A stretch of DNA of 64,000 nucleotides from an uncultured delta proteobacterium (GCA_963848295.1 CAWKDB010000010.1:2496001-2560000), one strand, 5' to 3'; positions 1 to 12,143 are shown, counted from the first letter of the stretch. Notes: generated from the letters alone by a model not told the origin. A program made the numbers and translations.

Positions 1-16
1 TTGCCGGCGCGCTCGG

Positions 17-877
17 TCACAGGTCTCCGTAGCGCAGGCCGGCGCCGACGCGAGCGAGCAGCCACGGCTCGTTCGGCAACGCGAACGCCGGCATGCTCTG
101 AAAGTGGGTCGCTTCGGTCATGTCGACCGCGAACGTCAGGTCGAGCGAGAGCCGATCGCCGAGCGGATACGATAACGCCGCGTGGGCATCGGCGCGCAAG
201 CCGGGCGTCGTGCTGTGCATGTGATCGTCGCGGTCGTCGGACCGCGTATCGATCATGCCGACGCCACCGCCGAATCCGGGCGAGACCGTCGCGCGACCGA
301 AATGCAGAGGCACGTCACCGCCGAGGAGCAGCTCGCTGCCCGTGCGATCGAGCTCGTGCTGCCACGGCCCTGGTCCGTCGACGACCTTCGCGTAGCGCGC
401 GCGGCCGGCGACGCAGATCCGGCCGACCATCATGCACGCGCCACCGCCGACGCCGGTCCAATCGGTGCGATCGCTCGCGAGCGAGTCCTCGACCGCGGCG
501 AACACCTGCATCCCCCGCGGCGCCTTGCGGTCGGCGGCCAACGTGAGCGGGGCCTCGTCGAGCACGAGCTCGTGAGCAGCGAGCAACGGCTCGGCGACAT
601 CGGCCCGCGCCCACGATTCGAGCACGATCGCCGCGCTGATCGGTTCGGAGACGTGGCGCTCGGCGCCATCTTGCGCGACGACGATGCCGTCCGCCGAGCG
701 CGAGATCGAAACCTGTAGCTCTGGACACGCGCCGAGCTCGACCCCGCGTTGCACGAGCAACTTGCCGACGTCACGAACCAACCCGGGGTCGCCGTTGAGC
801 TCGACGCACGGCGCCGCGCTGGCCGCGCGCACTGCGCCCACCGTCGCAACGGCGAAACCGAGGGTGAGCAGACGCAC
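17..877 (-). CDS. Secreted hypothetical protein, possible C-terminal beta-barrel
   Basis: Signal peptide ([21 protein letters not shown]); alternating beta-strand pattern ending ARVGAGLRY. Confidence 0.65.
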   Translation of the reverse strand: MRLLTLGFAVATVGAVRAASAAPCVELNGDPGLVRDVGKLLVQRGVELGACPELQVSISRSADGIVVAQDGAERHVSEPISAAIVLESWARADVAEPLLAAHELVLDEAPLTLAADRKAPRGMQVFAAVEDSLASDRTDWTGVGGGACMMVGRICVAGRARYAKVVDGPGPWQHELDRTGSELLLGGDVPLHFGRATVSPGFGGGVGMIDTRSDDRDDHMHSTTPGLRADAHAALSYPLGDRLSLDLTFAVDMTEATHFQSMPAFALPNEPWLLARVGAGLRYGDL

Positions 878-950
878 GGCTAGCCCGATGGTTCACCAGA
901 TTCGCCGACGAGACAATGAAGAAGCGACGAAGGTCGTATACTCTCGCGCC

Positions 951-2378
<1,428 letters not shown>

Positions 2379-2380
2379 TC

Positions 2381-3190
2381 GTGTGGGCGGACCGCATCTT
2401 GGTTGCTGCCGGCGCGACTCTGGTCGCATGCAAGGCAGGAAAGCCGACGGACAACCGACCGCTGAAGGAGGCGATCGTCGGCGCGTGGGACGTGTGGTGT
2501 GCGACCGACGACGAAGCGAAGGCCTCCTGCCTGGGCAAAGACGACGCGAAGCTCGTCAAGACGTTCAAGGCCGATGGCACGGTCGAGCTCTCGGTCGATG
2601 GCCGCGGCGATTCGCCGATGATCGGGAAGTGGACGGTCAAAGGCTCCGAGCTCGAGCTCGCGTTCGAGGGCATCAACGTCGAGCGCTACCGAGCGCGCAT
2701 CGAAGATGGCCACCTCGTGCTGTGGTACCCGAGCGGCCCATTCGGCTCGGTGCTCGGCAGGCACGGTGAGGCGTTCTCGGCCGACCCCGGCCACGTGTCG
2801 TCGGGTGGATCCGAGACCGGCACGCTCGGCGGCGTGCACTATGCGATCGATCTCCCTGCCGGCTATCGCCTCGCGCGTGATGACAACCAGCGCCAGCGCT
2901 GGGCGCCCGCCAACGGCGAAGGCTTCGTCATCGACCTCGTCGTGTCGCCGCGACCGCAAGAAATCATCGACGGTCGGCCCGTCACGCACCCGTGCGACCG
3001 CGACTCCGGCACCGGCGGCTCGTCGGAGACGATCGACGGCAAAGAGCGCGACATCGATGTGTTCGTCAACATCTGCTTGCGCTCGAGCGAAGACTCGCTG
3101 ATGTGCTCCGCGGGTCACTCGCGCGGCTATCTCGAGGCCTCCGAAAAGCCTGCTGCGCTCGCGCTGTGCAAGTCGCTCGTCGTGCGCTGA
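2381..3190 (+). CDS. Lipoprotein, lipocalin-like N-terminal domain
   Basis: 3' part of ORF 1637-3190; lipobox LVAC; IVGAW...TFKADGT...GKWTVKG pattern. Confidence 0.6.
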   Translation: MWADRILVAAGATLVACKAGKPTDNRPLKEAIVGAWDVWCATDDEAKASCLGKDDAKLVKTFKADGTVELSVDGRGDSPMIGKWTVKGSELELAFEGINVERYRARIEDGHLVLWYPSGPFGSVLGRHGEAFSADPGHVSSGGSETGTLGGVHYAIDLPAGYRLARDDNQRQRWAPANGEGFVIDLVVSPRPQEIIDGRPVTHPCDRDSGTGGSSETIDGKERDIDVFVNICLRSSEDSLMCSAGHSRGYLEASEKPAALALCKSLVVR

Positions 3191-3199
3191 CCGATCGTT

Positions 3200-4702
3200 T
3201 CAGTCCGCCACCGGCAGCGTGATGACGAAGCGCGCTCCACCGGTCGGCGCACGTTCGGCCGCGACCGCGAGGTCGCCACCGTGCTCGATCGCGATCTTGC
3301 GAGCGATCGCGAGGCCGAGGCCGGTGCCGGTCGACTTCGTCGTGACGTAAGGCTCGAAGATCCGCTCGCGATCGGCTTCGGCGACGCCTTTACCGCGATC
3401 GTCGATCGTGATCACGATCGTATCGGTTTCGGCGCGCCAGCCGACCACGACCTTGCCGGTCGCATTCGCGTCTTCACCGGCGTGGATCGCGTTCTCGACG
3501 AGGTTCGCGACGACGCGCTTCAACAACAGCTTGTCGGCGCGGACGGTGACCGGCGTGTCAGGAGGGTCGAGCTCGAGCTTCGCGGCGAACAGCGGATCGT
3601 TGCGCAGCTCCTCGAGCACGTCGCCGAGCGCGAACGCCGCCTTCTCGACCTTTGGCAGCTGGCCGAGCGTGCGGAACGTGTCGACGAGCCGGCGCAAGCT
3701 GAGGATCTCCTCCTCGACGATCTCGCCGGTGTCGGCGAGCAGCTTGCCGAACCGCGCCGGATCGGTGTCGGCGCCTTTGTAGGCCGAGACGCATTGCTGG
3801 ACCGCGAGCTGGATCGGCGTCAACGGATTCTTGATCTCGTGGGCGAGCCGGCGCGCGACGTCTTGCCATGCGCCGATGCGCTGCAGATAGGCGACTTGAT
3901 CGCGCGAGCCGCGAAGATCGTCGAGCATGTTGTCGAACGCTTCGCCGACCTCGGCGGTCTCGTCGCTGCCGCGCAAGCCCGAGCGCGCGTCGACCTGGCC
4001 CGCCGAGACCGCGCGCGCCGCGGTGACGAGCCGCGCGAGCCGGCGCGTGTAGAACGTCGAGATCAAGAGGCCGAACGCGGTCGCGAGCAGCGCGCCGATA
4101 CCCATCAGCTTGAGGAACGCGTCGCGAAACGTGTCGGGCAAGCCGGTGCGGATCTGCATCGTCAAGCGCGCGCTATCGATCGCGTGCTTGAGATTCTGAT
4201 AGTCCTTCTGCAGCCCCGCCGGGACCTCGAACGTCAGCACCAGCGTCGCGCCGGTCTCGGCGAGCGGCTGGCGCAACACCTTGTCACGCCACTCCGGCGC
4301 TTGACCGGGCGCGGGCGTGGGCAGCGCGCGCACCGCTTGCGACACGACCGTATGGTCGGCGCGCTCGAGCGCGAGCCCGTGCAAACCCGCTTCCTTCGCG
4401 CTGTCGTCGTCGAGGATCTTGTCGAGGTTCGCCTCCGGATCGAGCGCGACCAGATCGGGGCGTTTCGCGAGCCGATCCGCGATCTCGGCATGCAGTCGCT
4501 TCGTCGTATCGAACAGCGCGCGATACGCGTCGAGCCCGTGCTCCATCGTGTCGACGCGCTCGGCCGCCTCCCCCGCCGCGACGTTCGCCGACGCCTTGCC
4601 GATCGAATCGATGAGATACGCGGACAACACCAGCGGCACGAGCACGACGATCAGCAGGCCGACCGTGACCTTGAGCTGCAGCGGGATGCGGCGCTTCTTC
4701 AT
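3200..4702 (-). CDS. NtrY-like HAMP sensor histidine kinase
   Basis: Two TM helices, HAMP, H-box AWQDVARRLAHEIKNPLTPIQL, N-box NLVENAIHA, DRGKG, IFEPYVTTK, GTGLGL. Confidence 0.92.
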   Translation of the reverse strand: MKKRRIPLQLKVTVGLLIVVLVPLVLSAYLIDSIGKASANVAAGEAAERVDTMEHGLDAYRALFDTTKRLHAEIADRLAKRPDLVALDPEANLDKILDDDSAKEAGLHGLALERADHTVVSQAVRALPTPAPGQAPEWRDKVLRQPLAETGATLVLTFEVPAGLQKDYQNLKHAIDSARLTMQIRTGLPDTFRDAFLKLMGIGALLATAFGLLISTFYTRRLARLVTAARAVSAGQVDARSGLRGSDETAEVGEAFDNMLDDLRGSRDQVAYLQRIGAWQDVARRLAHEIKNPLTPIQLAVQQCVSAYKGADTDPARFGKLLADTGEIVEEEILSLRRLVDTFRTLGQLPKVEKAAFALGDVLEELRNDPLFAAKLELDPPDTPVTVRADKLLLKRVVANLVENAIHAGEDANATGKVVVGWRAETDTIVITIDDRGKGVAEADRERIFEPYVTTKSTGTGLGLAIARKIAIEHGGDLAVAAERAPTGGARFVITLPVAD

Positions 4703-5362
4703 CTACTGCTTGGGCCGGAAGAATGGTTGCGAGTGGACGAGCAAGATGCGATCCGCCTCCGCGATCTTCGGGTTGACGAACACCGACACGAACGAACCGA
4801 AGAACGTGCCGCCGCGGTCGAGCCCGCCGCCGTTGCCTTGACTGAGCCAGCGCCGGACCTCGGTCAGTGTCTTCTGGTCGACCGGATTGAGATCGACGCG
4901 CATCGCGAGCACGAACACGTCATCGACCGGCATGTCGGCGAGCTGAGCGACCGGCAGATCATCGATCGTGGTCAGCAACTTGAGCGCATCGGCTTTCGTC
5001 GCGACGACGATCGGCTTGCGCGGGCCCTCGAGCCTGACCGTGAACTGCTCGTCCCACATGTCGTAGGTCACCGACCGCACGAGCTTGAGGTACGAGATCG
5101 GCTCGCTCGCATCTTTCGGGTAGACCCAGATCTGGATCTCGACGGTCGACGCGAACCCGCTGCCGAGCGCCTCGTAGGCGGCACTGTCGAACAGCTTCGC
5201 GATCGACGTCGATAACGTGAGCGAATCGCCGTGCTCGACGAACCGCATGTGCTGGAGCTCGCTGCGATCGTCGTCGGCGCGCGCGACCGGCGCGATCAAC
5301 ATCAGCCCGACGAGCGCGAGCCGTGCGAACGCCCATGGAGTGCCGATCCTCCTCGGGATCAC
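4703..5362 (-). CDS. DUF4390-like exported protein
   Basis: Signal peptide; 'RSVTYDMWDEQFTV' pattern; sits directly upstream of an NtrY-like kinase, typical for DUF4390; GTG overlaps the upstream stop (GTGA). Confidence 0.7.
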   Translation of the reverse strand: MIPRRIGTPWAFARLALVGLMLIAPVARADDDRSELQHMRFVEHGDSLTLSTSIAKLFDSAAYEALGSGFASTVEIQIWVYPKDASEPISYLKLVRSVTYDMWDEQFTVRLEGPRKPIVVATKADALKLLTTIDDLPVAQLADMPVDDVFVLAMRVDLNPVDQKTLTEVRRWLSQGNGGGLDRGGTFFGSFVSVFVNPKIAEADRILLVHSQPFFRPKQ

Positions 5363-6921
5363 CGCAGCCGTCCCAGCGCGTTGCCGATCGTGAGCTCGAA
5401 GATGCCGATGTCGGTGTCGATCCGCACGCCGGCGTCGGCGTAGATGTCGACCGGCAGCGACGTCCACAGGCCACCGTCGCGCACGCGCAGATCGGCGGTC
5501 TCGGCGAGTCCCCAGAGCCCCGCCGCGATGAACGCGTCGCCACCGTAGACGCGATTCTTGCCGCTGCCGCGAAACAACCGCGCCGCGTACTCGACGATCG
5601 CGTTGCCACCGACCTCGCCGTAGGTCGGCTTGTCCGCGCGTGTCCCGAGGATGTCGAGCGGCGCGGCGTCGGACAGCACGAGCCCGAGCGCGCGCGGGGT
5701 CAACAAGTGGTCGACATCCGAGACGTAGATCCGATCGAAGCGCGGCGCGTCTCCGATGACGAGCCCGCCCGCGACGCGGATGCCGATCGTCTGGTGCTCG
5801 TTGAACAGCGGCCACCAGTGCTCGTAGCGCGCGAACAACGTGGCGAAGTCGTAGTCGCTCCCGAACACGGCGGAGCCCAGCTCGGCGTTCACCGTGATGC
5901 GACCACCGGCGTGCGGCAGGACCGGATCGGGGCGGGTGTCGCGATCGAAGCCGAACGCGAGCGTGGAGACGCGGCTCTGGCCCGGCAACAAATGGAGATC
6001 GACCGGCACGACTTCGCCCGTCGGTAGCGTTTGGGCCGGCGCGGTCGGCAACTGGTCGGAGATTTCTTCGAGCCGCAGGCCGGCCGAGATCCGCGACAGC
6101 GAGGTGATGTCGTAGGTGACGCCCGCACGACCGCCGAACCGGCGATACGGGAAAGCCGCGAAGTCTTTCGCCGCGGTGTCCTCGAAGTCGCCGCCGGTGC
6201 GGTAGGCCTCGCTGCCGTGGACGAGCGTCATCGAGCCGTACGCTCCCCAGCGCGTGCCGCCGAGCGCGCCGTCGGCGAGACGCAGCTCTCCCGCCCATTG
6301 ATCGCGACTGCCGGCGACGTCGGAGGTGCCGGCGTAGATCACGCCGCCGCCGACCTGCAGGCCGAGACCCAACAGATTTCGCTGGCCGACGTCGGCGCCG
6401 AACCAATACGGCGTGAGGTCGGTCGTACCGAACCACATCCGATTGAGCACGAACGTGCCGCGCTCGACGACGTGGATCTCGATCACGACCTGGCCGCGCT
6501 CGCTGCCCTTTCGCATCGCGAGCGTGACGTCGCGGAAGTAGCCCAGGCCGAGCACCTTGAACCGCGCGTCGCGCAAGCGGCGATCGCTCGCATGCAGGAT
6601 GTCGCCGGGTGCGATCGGCAGGGCGCGCCGAATAATCTCGGTCTGGGTCACGGTGTTGCCGGTGATCACGATCGCCTCGATCATGATCAGCGGGCCGAAC
6701 TCGTTGTCCTCGTGTAGCGGGGGCGCTTCGGGCTCGTCCGGGGTGACGGACGCGTCCGAGCCATCCGGTGGGTTGGCAGGCGCTCCGCTGTCTACCCCGC
6801 TACCGCCGAGTGGTTCGGCGCTCCCATCCTTGTCTCCGTCGGCGTGCGCGCGCGGGACCGCCGTGAGGACGGCGAGGACTACCAGCGCGAGGCGGCGGCG
6901 CACGCCCCGAACGTAGCGCAC
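5359..6921 (-). CDS. BamA/TamA (Omp85) family outer-membrane protein with one POTRA domain
   Basis: POTRA (IVITGNTVTQTEIIRRAL...LGYFRDV...IHVVER), NLLGLG, DRDTRPDPVLPHAG, DAGVRIDTDIGIF. Confidence 0.85.
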   Translation of the reverse strand: MRYVRGVRRRLALVVLAVLTAVPRAHADGDKDGSAEPLGGSGVDSGAPANPPDGSDASVTPDEPEAPPLHEDNEFGPLIMIEAIVITGNTVTQTEIIRRALPIAPGDILHASDRRLRDARFKVLGLGYFRDVTLAMRKGSERGQVVIEIHVVERGTFVLNRMWFGTTDLTPYWFGADVGQRNLLGLGLQVGGGVIYAGTSDVAGSRDQWAGELRLADGALGGTRWGAYGSMTLVHGSEAYRTGGDFEDTAAKDFAAFPYRRFGGRAGVTYDITSLSRISAGLRLEEISDQLPTAPAQTLPTGEVVPVDLHLLPGQSRVSTLAFGFDRDTRPDPVLPHAGGRITVNAELGSAVFGSDYDFATLFARYEHWWPLFNEHQTIGIRVAGGLVIGDAPRFDRIYVSDVDHLLTPRALGLVLSDAAPLDILGTRADKPTYGEVGGNAIVEYAARLFRGSGKNRVYGGDAFIAAGLWGLAETADLRVRDGGLWTSLPVDIYADAGVRIDTDIGIFELTIGNALGRLR

Positions 6922-6950
6922 CGCGCACCGGCGGTGCTACCTTCGCAGCC

Positions 6951-7391
6951 GTGCGCGTGGTCTTGCTGATCGGGCTCGCGGTCGTTCTAAGCGCGTGTAC
7001 GGACCTGCGCGACTATCGCGGCAGCTGGTCGGGCGCGCGGGTCGGCACGAACCCGGTGCTGCGCGTTGGCGCACCAGCCGCGACCGCCGCGACGCTCGAG
7101 ATCAGCGAGCTCGACAAGGCCGGGTTGCAGGGCACGATCGAGATCGCGGATCTGGTCGACCAGGCGTCGTTCAGCTCGATCGCGGGCGCCGAGGCTGATG
7201 CGCTCGGCGGCATGACGTTCACCGGCTCGCCGCTGCGCGTCTACCTCGCGTTTGTCGCGATGCCCGACGGCGCCGGCGACGCGCTCGCGGTGATCGCGCT
7301 GTACGACGATCATCGCGCCGAGCTCCGCATGTTACGCGGCGGCACCACGCCGCTCTACGCGATCTACGCGCTGACCGAGGCTGGTTCGTGA
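6951..7391 (+). CDS. Hypothetical lipoprotein
   Basis: Lipobox LSAC; stop overlaps the next start. Confidence 0.7.
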   Translation: MRVVLLIGLAVVLSACTDLRDYRGSWSGARVGTNPVLRVGAPAATAATLEISELDKAGLQGTIEIADLVDQASFSSIAGAEADALGGMTFTGSPLRVYLAFVAMPDGAGDALAVIALYDDHRAELRMLRGGTTPLYAIYALTEAGS

Positions 7392-9226
7392 GCTGTCCGA
7401 CCTGCGGCGTGGCGGTCGCCGCCGACGCGCGATTCTGTCCGGCGTGCGGACAGTCGATCTCGCCGACCGAATCGAAGGATGCGATGCCGGCGGCGGTCGA
7501 CGGCCCGAACCTGATCGGCACCGAGATCGCCGACGGCTATCGGATCATCCAGAAGCTCGGCGAAGGCGGCATGGGCGCGGTCTATCGCGGTGAACAGATA
7601 GCGCTCAAGCGCGCGGTCGCGATCAAGCTGCTGCGGCCCGAGCTGTCTGCGAACGAGCAGTTGCTTCACCGGTTCCGATCGGAGGCGACCGCGGTCGCGA
7701 AGCTGTCGCATCCGAACACGGTGAACATCTACGACTTCGGTCAAGGCAAGGACGGCTCGCTGTTCATCGCGATGGAGTTCATCGAAGGCAAGTCGCTGCG
7801 CTCGGTCGTCCACGCCGAGGCGCCGTTGCCGCCGGCCCGCGCGCTCCACATCGCCGCGCAAGTCGCGGCTTCGCTCGCCGACGCGCACGCTCATCAGATC
7901 GTGCATCGCGATCTCAAGCCTGACAACGTGATGCTCCAGGATCGCGGCAAGCAGCGCGACATCGCCCGCGTGCTCGACTTCGGCATCGCGAAGCTGCGTG
8001 ATGATTCGCGCTCGACCCAAGTCGCCGCGCTGACCCAAGCCGGCGATCTGCTCGGCACGCCCCAGTACATGGCGCCGGAGCAAGTACGCGGCGAGAACAT
8101 CGACGGTCGGACCGACGTCTATGCGCTCGGCTGCCTGCTCTACGAGATGACGACCGGCCGCATGCCGTTCGAGGCACCGACGATCATGGCGATGCTCAGC
8201 AAGCATCTCACCGACCAGGTCATTCCGCCGTCGCAGCGGCGCCCGGATCTCGGCTTGCCGCGCGTGATCGACGAGCTGGTCATCACCGCGATGACGAAGA
8301 GCATCGCGATGCGGCCGTCGATGGAGAGCTACGCCGAGCAGATCAATCGCGCGCTCGCGACGATGCCGCCGAGCGGGTCGACCGCGATGCCGATCGCCGC
8401 GGCACCGACTCCGGTGGCGTATTCGGCGTACGCCACGCCTCCCGGTGCGCCGATCGCGACGCCGCCGCACGTCGGTCAGGTCGCTGCGGCGCCGGCGATG
8501 ACGCCGTTGCGGTCGGACGCACCGCCGCACACCTGGCAGGCGCCGCGGCCGAGTGGCAGGCGCGGGCTCTACGTCGTGATCGCGCTCGCGGCAGTCGGTG
8601 CGATCGGTGGCGCCGCGTACTATGCGAACCGCAAGCCGAGCCCCGACGCCGCGGCACAGCCAAATGACCCGTGGGCCGAGCACAAACCGGATCCGTGGGC
8701 CGACAAAGCGACGCCACGAGCGCCGACGCCGATGCCACAGCCCTCTCCGCCTCCGATCCCGGATCCATTACCGCCTGCGCCGACGCATCTCGTGGGCGGG
8801 ATCGAGACTCGCGCTACGATCGATGTCGGCGATGGCGTGAAGCTGAACGTCCCGGTCGACTTCACGTGGTCGCGCAACGGCGCGCTCACGACCCTGACGG
8901 GACAGAAGCTCCCGGTGATGATCTTCGCGGCGGTGATCACCGAGCCATCGAACGATCCGAAGGCGCTCGCCGCGGCCTATGCGACGTCGACCGGGATGAC
9001 GCTCAAAGGCGTCGGCACCGCGAGCGTCGCCGGGATTCCCTGCGGCTCGGCGTGGTTCATGGGCATGTTCAACGGGATGGCGGTATCGCAAGCCGTCGTC
9101 GCGCTGATCGGGCCGGGCTACCGCGTCGCGATCGTGCTGCAAGTACCGGCCAGCCTCACGAACGACGCCGAGCTACTGGCGTGGGGCAAGAACTACTTGC
9201 AGTACGGCGTGATCCTGCCGCGTTAG
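7388..9226 (+). CDS. Membrane Ser/Thr protein kinase with N-terminal double zinc ribbon
   Basis: CPTCG..FCPACG; GEGGMG, VAIK, HRDLKPDN, DFG, GTPQYMAPE; TM helix and external domain. Confidence 0.93.
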   Translation: MSCPTCGVAVAADARFCPACGQSISPTESKDAMPAAVDGPNLIGTEIADGYRIIQKLGEGGMGAVYRGEQIALKRAVAIKLLRPELSANEQLLHRFRSEATAVAKLSHPNTVNIYDFGQGKDGSLFIAMEFIEGKSLRSVVHAEAPLPPARALHIAAQVAASLADAHAHQIVHRDLKPDNVMLQDRGKQRDIARVLDFGIAKLRDDSRSTQVAALTQAGDLLGTPQYMAPEQVRGENIDGRTDVYALGCLLYEMTTGRMPFEAPTIMAMLSKHLTDQVIPPSQRRPDLGLPRVIDELVITAMTKSIAMRPSMESYAEQINRALATMPPSGSTAMPIAAAPTPVAYSAYATPPGAPIATPPHVGQVAAAPAMTPLRSDAPPHTWQAPRPSGRRGLYVVIALAAVGAIGGAAYYANRKPSPDAAAQPNDPWAEHKPDPWADKATPRAPTPMPQPSPPPIPDPLPPAPTHLVGGIETRATIDVGDGVKLNVPVDFTWSRNGALTTLTGQKLPVMIFAAVITEPSNDPKALAAAYATSTGMTLKGVGTASVAGIPCGSAWFMGMFNGMAVSQAVVALIGPGYRVAIVLQVPASLTNDAELLAWGKNYLQYGVILPR

Positions 9227-9234
9227 CTGCGCGA

Positions 9235-11331
9235 TCAGTGGCAGTCGTCGGGGAACTGCTCGGACGCGGTGTCTTTGACGTCGAAGAACCAGCGGACCTG
9301 ATGGCTCACGATGTTCTCGCGAAAGCCGATCTCGGCGATCGCGTTGAGGCCTTCGAGCTTTTTCTGGGCGGCGATCGCTCTCTTCCAGATCGCGGCGATC
9401 TTGCAGTGCGGCGCGATCCGTCGCGCGTCGCACTCCCAGCCATCGATCGGCAGGGTCTCGACGCCGTCGATGCCGCCCATCACGCGGAACTGGCACTTGA
9501 GCTCTTGCTTCGCACCGATCGGCTTGGACTTGTCCCGACCCGCGCGCGACGGCGAGTTGAACCGCAGATCGACCGAGCCGTTGCCGACTAACGTCAGATC
9601 GGCGTGACCGTCGGGGTAGACACCTTCGGCCGAAACCCACACGAGCTCGGCATCCGGGACCATCGCCTTGGCTTGCTCGACGCCCCACGTGATGAACGCG
9701 TCGACATTGACGTGCTTCGGATCGTAGCCCGGCGGCCCGGCGAGCTTGTGATACGTGATCCAGCCGGTACCGACCGGCGCCGGCGCACTCGGCGTGTTGC
9801 GCGCGACCATCTGCCTGATCTGGCGCTCGGCGTCATCGAGCTGTTTGGTGACCTCGGCCTGCTTGTCCGGCGGCAGCGCTTTCACATACTCGCGCGACTT
9901 CGCGATCTGCTTGAGTGCGTTGTCTTCGGACGATCCGGGCTTTGGCATCGGGCCGGTGATCGCCGGCGTCGGCGTCGGCGCCACCGTCGGCGTCGGCGCC
10001 ACCGTCGGCGTCGGCGCCACGGTCACTGGCCTCACCGCAGGCGGGACCGGGTCCGGCGTTGCTGGCATCGGCGCTGGTGTCGGCGCTGGTGCCGGCGTCG
10101 GCCCTGGCATCGGGGCGGGCGCCGGCGCTCCTGCGACCTGTGCAGGCTTGGTGTTTCCGCCGCTTCCGACCGCCATCGCCGCCGCGATTCCGCCGCCGAC
10201 CAGCGCGATCGCTCCGATCGCGAGCACCAAGCCTTTGCGCGATCCGGCTTGCTTCGTCGCGACCGGCGCGATCTGGCCCGCCGACGCGCTCGAGGTCGTG
10301 TCGTGGCTCCGCCCCCACGACTTCGGCACCGTGGGTTCCCAGCCCGAGGGCCGTCCGCCCATCGAGCTCGTCGCGGTGATCGGGGTCCACTGATCCGCGG
10401 GGAGCTGCGCGGTCGCGTTCTGCAGCGCGGCGCTCATCGCCTGCGCCGATCCGTAGCGCTGGTCTGCGAGCTTCGCGAGCGCCACCGAGATCACGTGGTC
10501 GAGCTCCGGCGGCATGTCGGGGCGACGCGCGCGCGGCGACGGCGGCGGTACCTCGATGTGCATGCGCAACAGGTCGAACATCGAGTCGGCGACGAACGGC
10601 TTGGTCAGCGTCGCGCACTCGAACAGGATCACGCCCATCGCGTAGATGTCCGAGCGCGCATCGACCGGTCGACCCGCCGCCTGCTCCGGCGCCATATAAT
10701 GAGGCGTACCGAGCAGCGACCCGGTGTGCGTCGCGCTGCCGCCGAGCTCGGGCTGGAGCTTCGCGATGCCGAAGTCGAGCACCTTCGGTCGCCCGGCCGG
10801 CGTGACGAAGATGTTGTCGGGCTTGAGATCGCGATGGACGACGCCCTTCGAGTGCGCCGCCGCGAGCGCATCGAGCACGTCGACCGCGAGACGAGCGAGC
10901 CCGCCGAGCGGCAGCGGCACGCCGCGCAGCTGCGCCTGCTCGATCACGGCCGACAGCGGTACGCCGTCGAGGTACTCCATGATGATGAACGGACGACCGT
11001 CCGGCAGCGTCGACAGGTCGAGGACGTTGACGATGCTCTCGTGGCGGATCAAGTTGACCGCCCGCGCTTCGGAGAAGAACCGCTCGACGACATCGCGCCG
11101 GTCGCTGCACTCGCGCGACAGCACCTTGATCGCGACGCGGCTGCCGATCTGCGGGTGCACGCCCTTGTAGACGCGGCCCATGCCGCCGATGCCGAGCAAC
11201 CGCGCGATCCGATAGGGCCCGATCGTCGTGCCGATCAAACCATCGCCACCGTTCGACACGAGCTCCGTACGATCGGCGCTACACGTCCCCGGACCTGGCT
11301 GCGATGCGCCGCACTCCGGGCATACGAACAT
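9235..11331 (-). CDS. Membrane Ser/Thr protein kinase
   Basis: Start MFVCPECG at 11331; GIGGMG, VAIK, HRDLKPDN, DFG, GTPHYMAPE; TM, Pro-rich linker, Cys-containing external domain. Confidence 0.93.
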   Translation of the reverse strand: MFVCPECGASQPGPGTCSADRTELVSNGGDGLIGTTIGPYRIARLLGIGGMGRVYKGVHPQIGSRVAIKVLSRECSDRRDVVERFFSEARAVNLIRHESIVNVLDLSTLPDGRPFIIMEYLDGVPLSAVIEQAQLRGVPLPLGGLARLAVDVLDALAAAHSKGVVHRDLKPDNIFVTPAGRPKVLDFGIAKLQPELGGSATHTGSLLGTPHYMAPEQAAGRPVDARSDIYAMGVILFECATLTKPFVADSMFDLLRMHIEVPPPSPRARRPDMPPELDHVISVALAKLADQRYGSAQAMSAALQNATAQLPADQWTPITATSSMGGRPSGWEPTVPKSWGRSHDTTSSASAGQIAPVATKQAGSRKGLVLAIGAIALVGGGIAAAMAVGSGGNTKPAQVAGAPAPAPMPGPTPAPAPTPAPMPATPDPVPPAVRPVTVAPTPTVAPTPTVAPTPTPAITGPMPKPGSSEDNALKQIAKSREYVKALPPDKQAEVTKQLDDAERQIRQMVARNTPSAPAPVGTGWITYHKLAGPPGYDPKHVNVDAFITWGVEQAKAMVPDAELVWVSAEGVYPDGHADLTLVGNGSVDLRFNSPSRAGRDKSKPIGAKQELKCQFRVMGGIDGVETLPIDGWECDARRIAPHCKIAAIWKRAIAAQKKLEGLNAIAEIGFRENIVSHQVRWFFDVKDTASEQFPDDCH
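9968..10021. repeat. 18-bp tandem repeat x3 (TVAPTP linker)
   Basis: GTCGGCGTCGGCGCCACC x3 (last base of third copy differs) in the kinase linker. Confidence 0.85.
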
Positions 11332-11453
11332 CGCGAAAGCGTAACACCGATAGTGTGCCGCGCTAGAACGGCCGGCTGTGTCCGGCGGCCGGCCCAAACC
11401 GGACAGCGGCGGACAGCGAGTTGCGTAAGGCCGCGTCGCCGCACGGCGCGCGC

Positions 11454-11469
11454 TGGCTCGTCGCTTGCT
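11454..11469 (+). promoter_or_regulatory. sigma54 -24/-12 promoter (radC)
   Basis: TGGCTCGTCGCTTGCT, GG-N10-GC; ATG 14 nt after the -12 C. Confidence 0.6.
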
Positions 11470-11481
11470 TTCTACGCCGGC

Positions 11482-12141
11482 ATGGATGACCGCCCGCGCG
11501 AACGCTTGCTCAGCCGCGGCGCGGAGGCCGTGACCGAAGAGGATCTGTTGACGATCTTGCTCGGCAGCGGGATGCGCGCGCGACCGGCCCGGATGGTCGC
11601 GGGCGAGCTCGCTCGCGAGGCCGGCGGCTTGATCGCGTTGTCTCGCGCCTCGCCGCGCGAGCTGGCCCAGGTCGCAGGAGTCGGCGCCGCTCGCGCCGCT
11701 CGCGTGGCAGCCGCGTTCGAGCTCGGTCGCCGGGCGATCGCGGCCGAGCAGCTGCGCGATCCGCTCGCGAACGCCGAAGACGTGCTGCGGCTCGTCGGCA
11801 CGCGACTCGCCGGCTTGCAGCAGGAGGTGTTCATCGCGATCGGCGTCGACATCCGCAACGGCGTGCTCGATATCGTCGAGGTCGCGCGCGGCAGCGTGCA
11901 TGCGGTCGAAGTCCACCCGCGCGAAGTATTTCGCCCGCTCCTGCGCATGGCCGCCGCGGGCGTCGTGCTCGTCCACAACCATCCGTCGGGCGATCCGACG
12001 CCTTCACTGGACGACGTCGAGCTCACGCGCCGCTTGCGAGCGGTAGGCGAGCTGGTCGGCATCCCGGTCGTCGACCACGTCGTGATCGCTGGCTCGCGGT
12101 TTCGCTCGATCGCCGAATGGTGCGGCGTCGAGCCGAGCTAG
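11482..12141 (+). CDS. radC: RadC family JAB-domain protein
   Basis: MDDRPRERLL...GAEA; HhH; VHPREVFR; LVHNHPSGDPTPSLDD; IPVVDHVVI. Confidence 0.95.
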   Translation: MDDRPRERLLSRGAEAVTEEDLLTILLGSGMRARPARMVAGELAREAGGLIALSRASPRELAQVAGVGAARAARVAAAFELGRRAIAAEQLRDPLANAEDVLRLVGTRLAGLQQEVFIAIGVDIRNGVLDIVEVARGSVHAVEVHPREVFRPLLRMAAAGVVLVHNHPSGDPTPSLDDVELTRRLRAVGELVGIPVVDHVVIAGSRFRSIAEWCGVEPS

Positions 12142-12143
12142 AG

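Noticed and set aside
9968..10021. 18-bp repeat as a regulatory or phase-variable element
   Set aside because: In-frame Pro/Thr linker repeat, ordinary for these kinases.
9604..12141. 845-aa ORF as a giant RadC fusion
   Set aside because: Only the part from ATG 11482 is RadC; the rest is antisense to the kinase.
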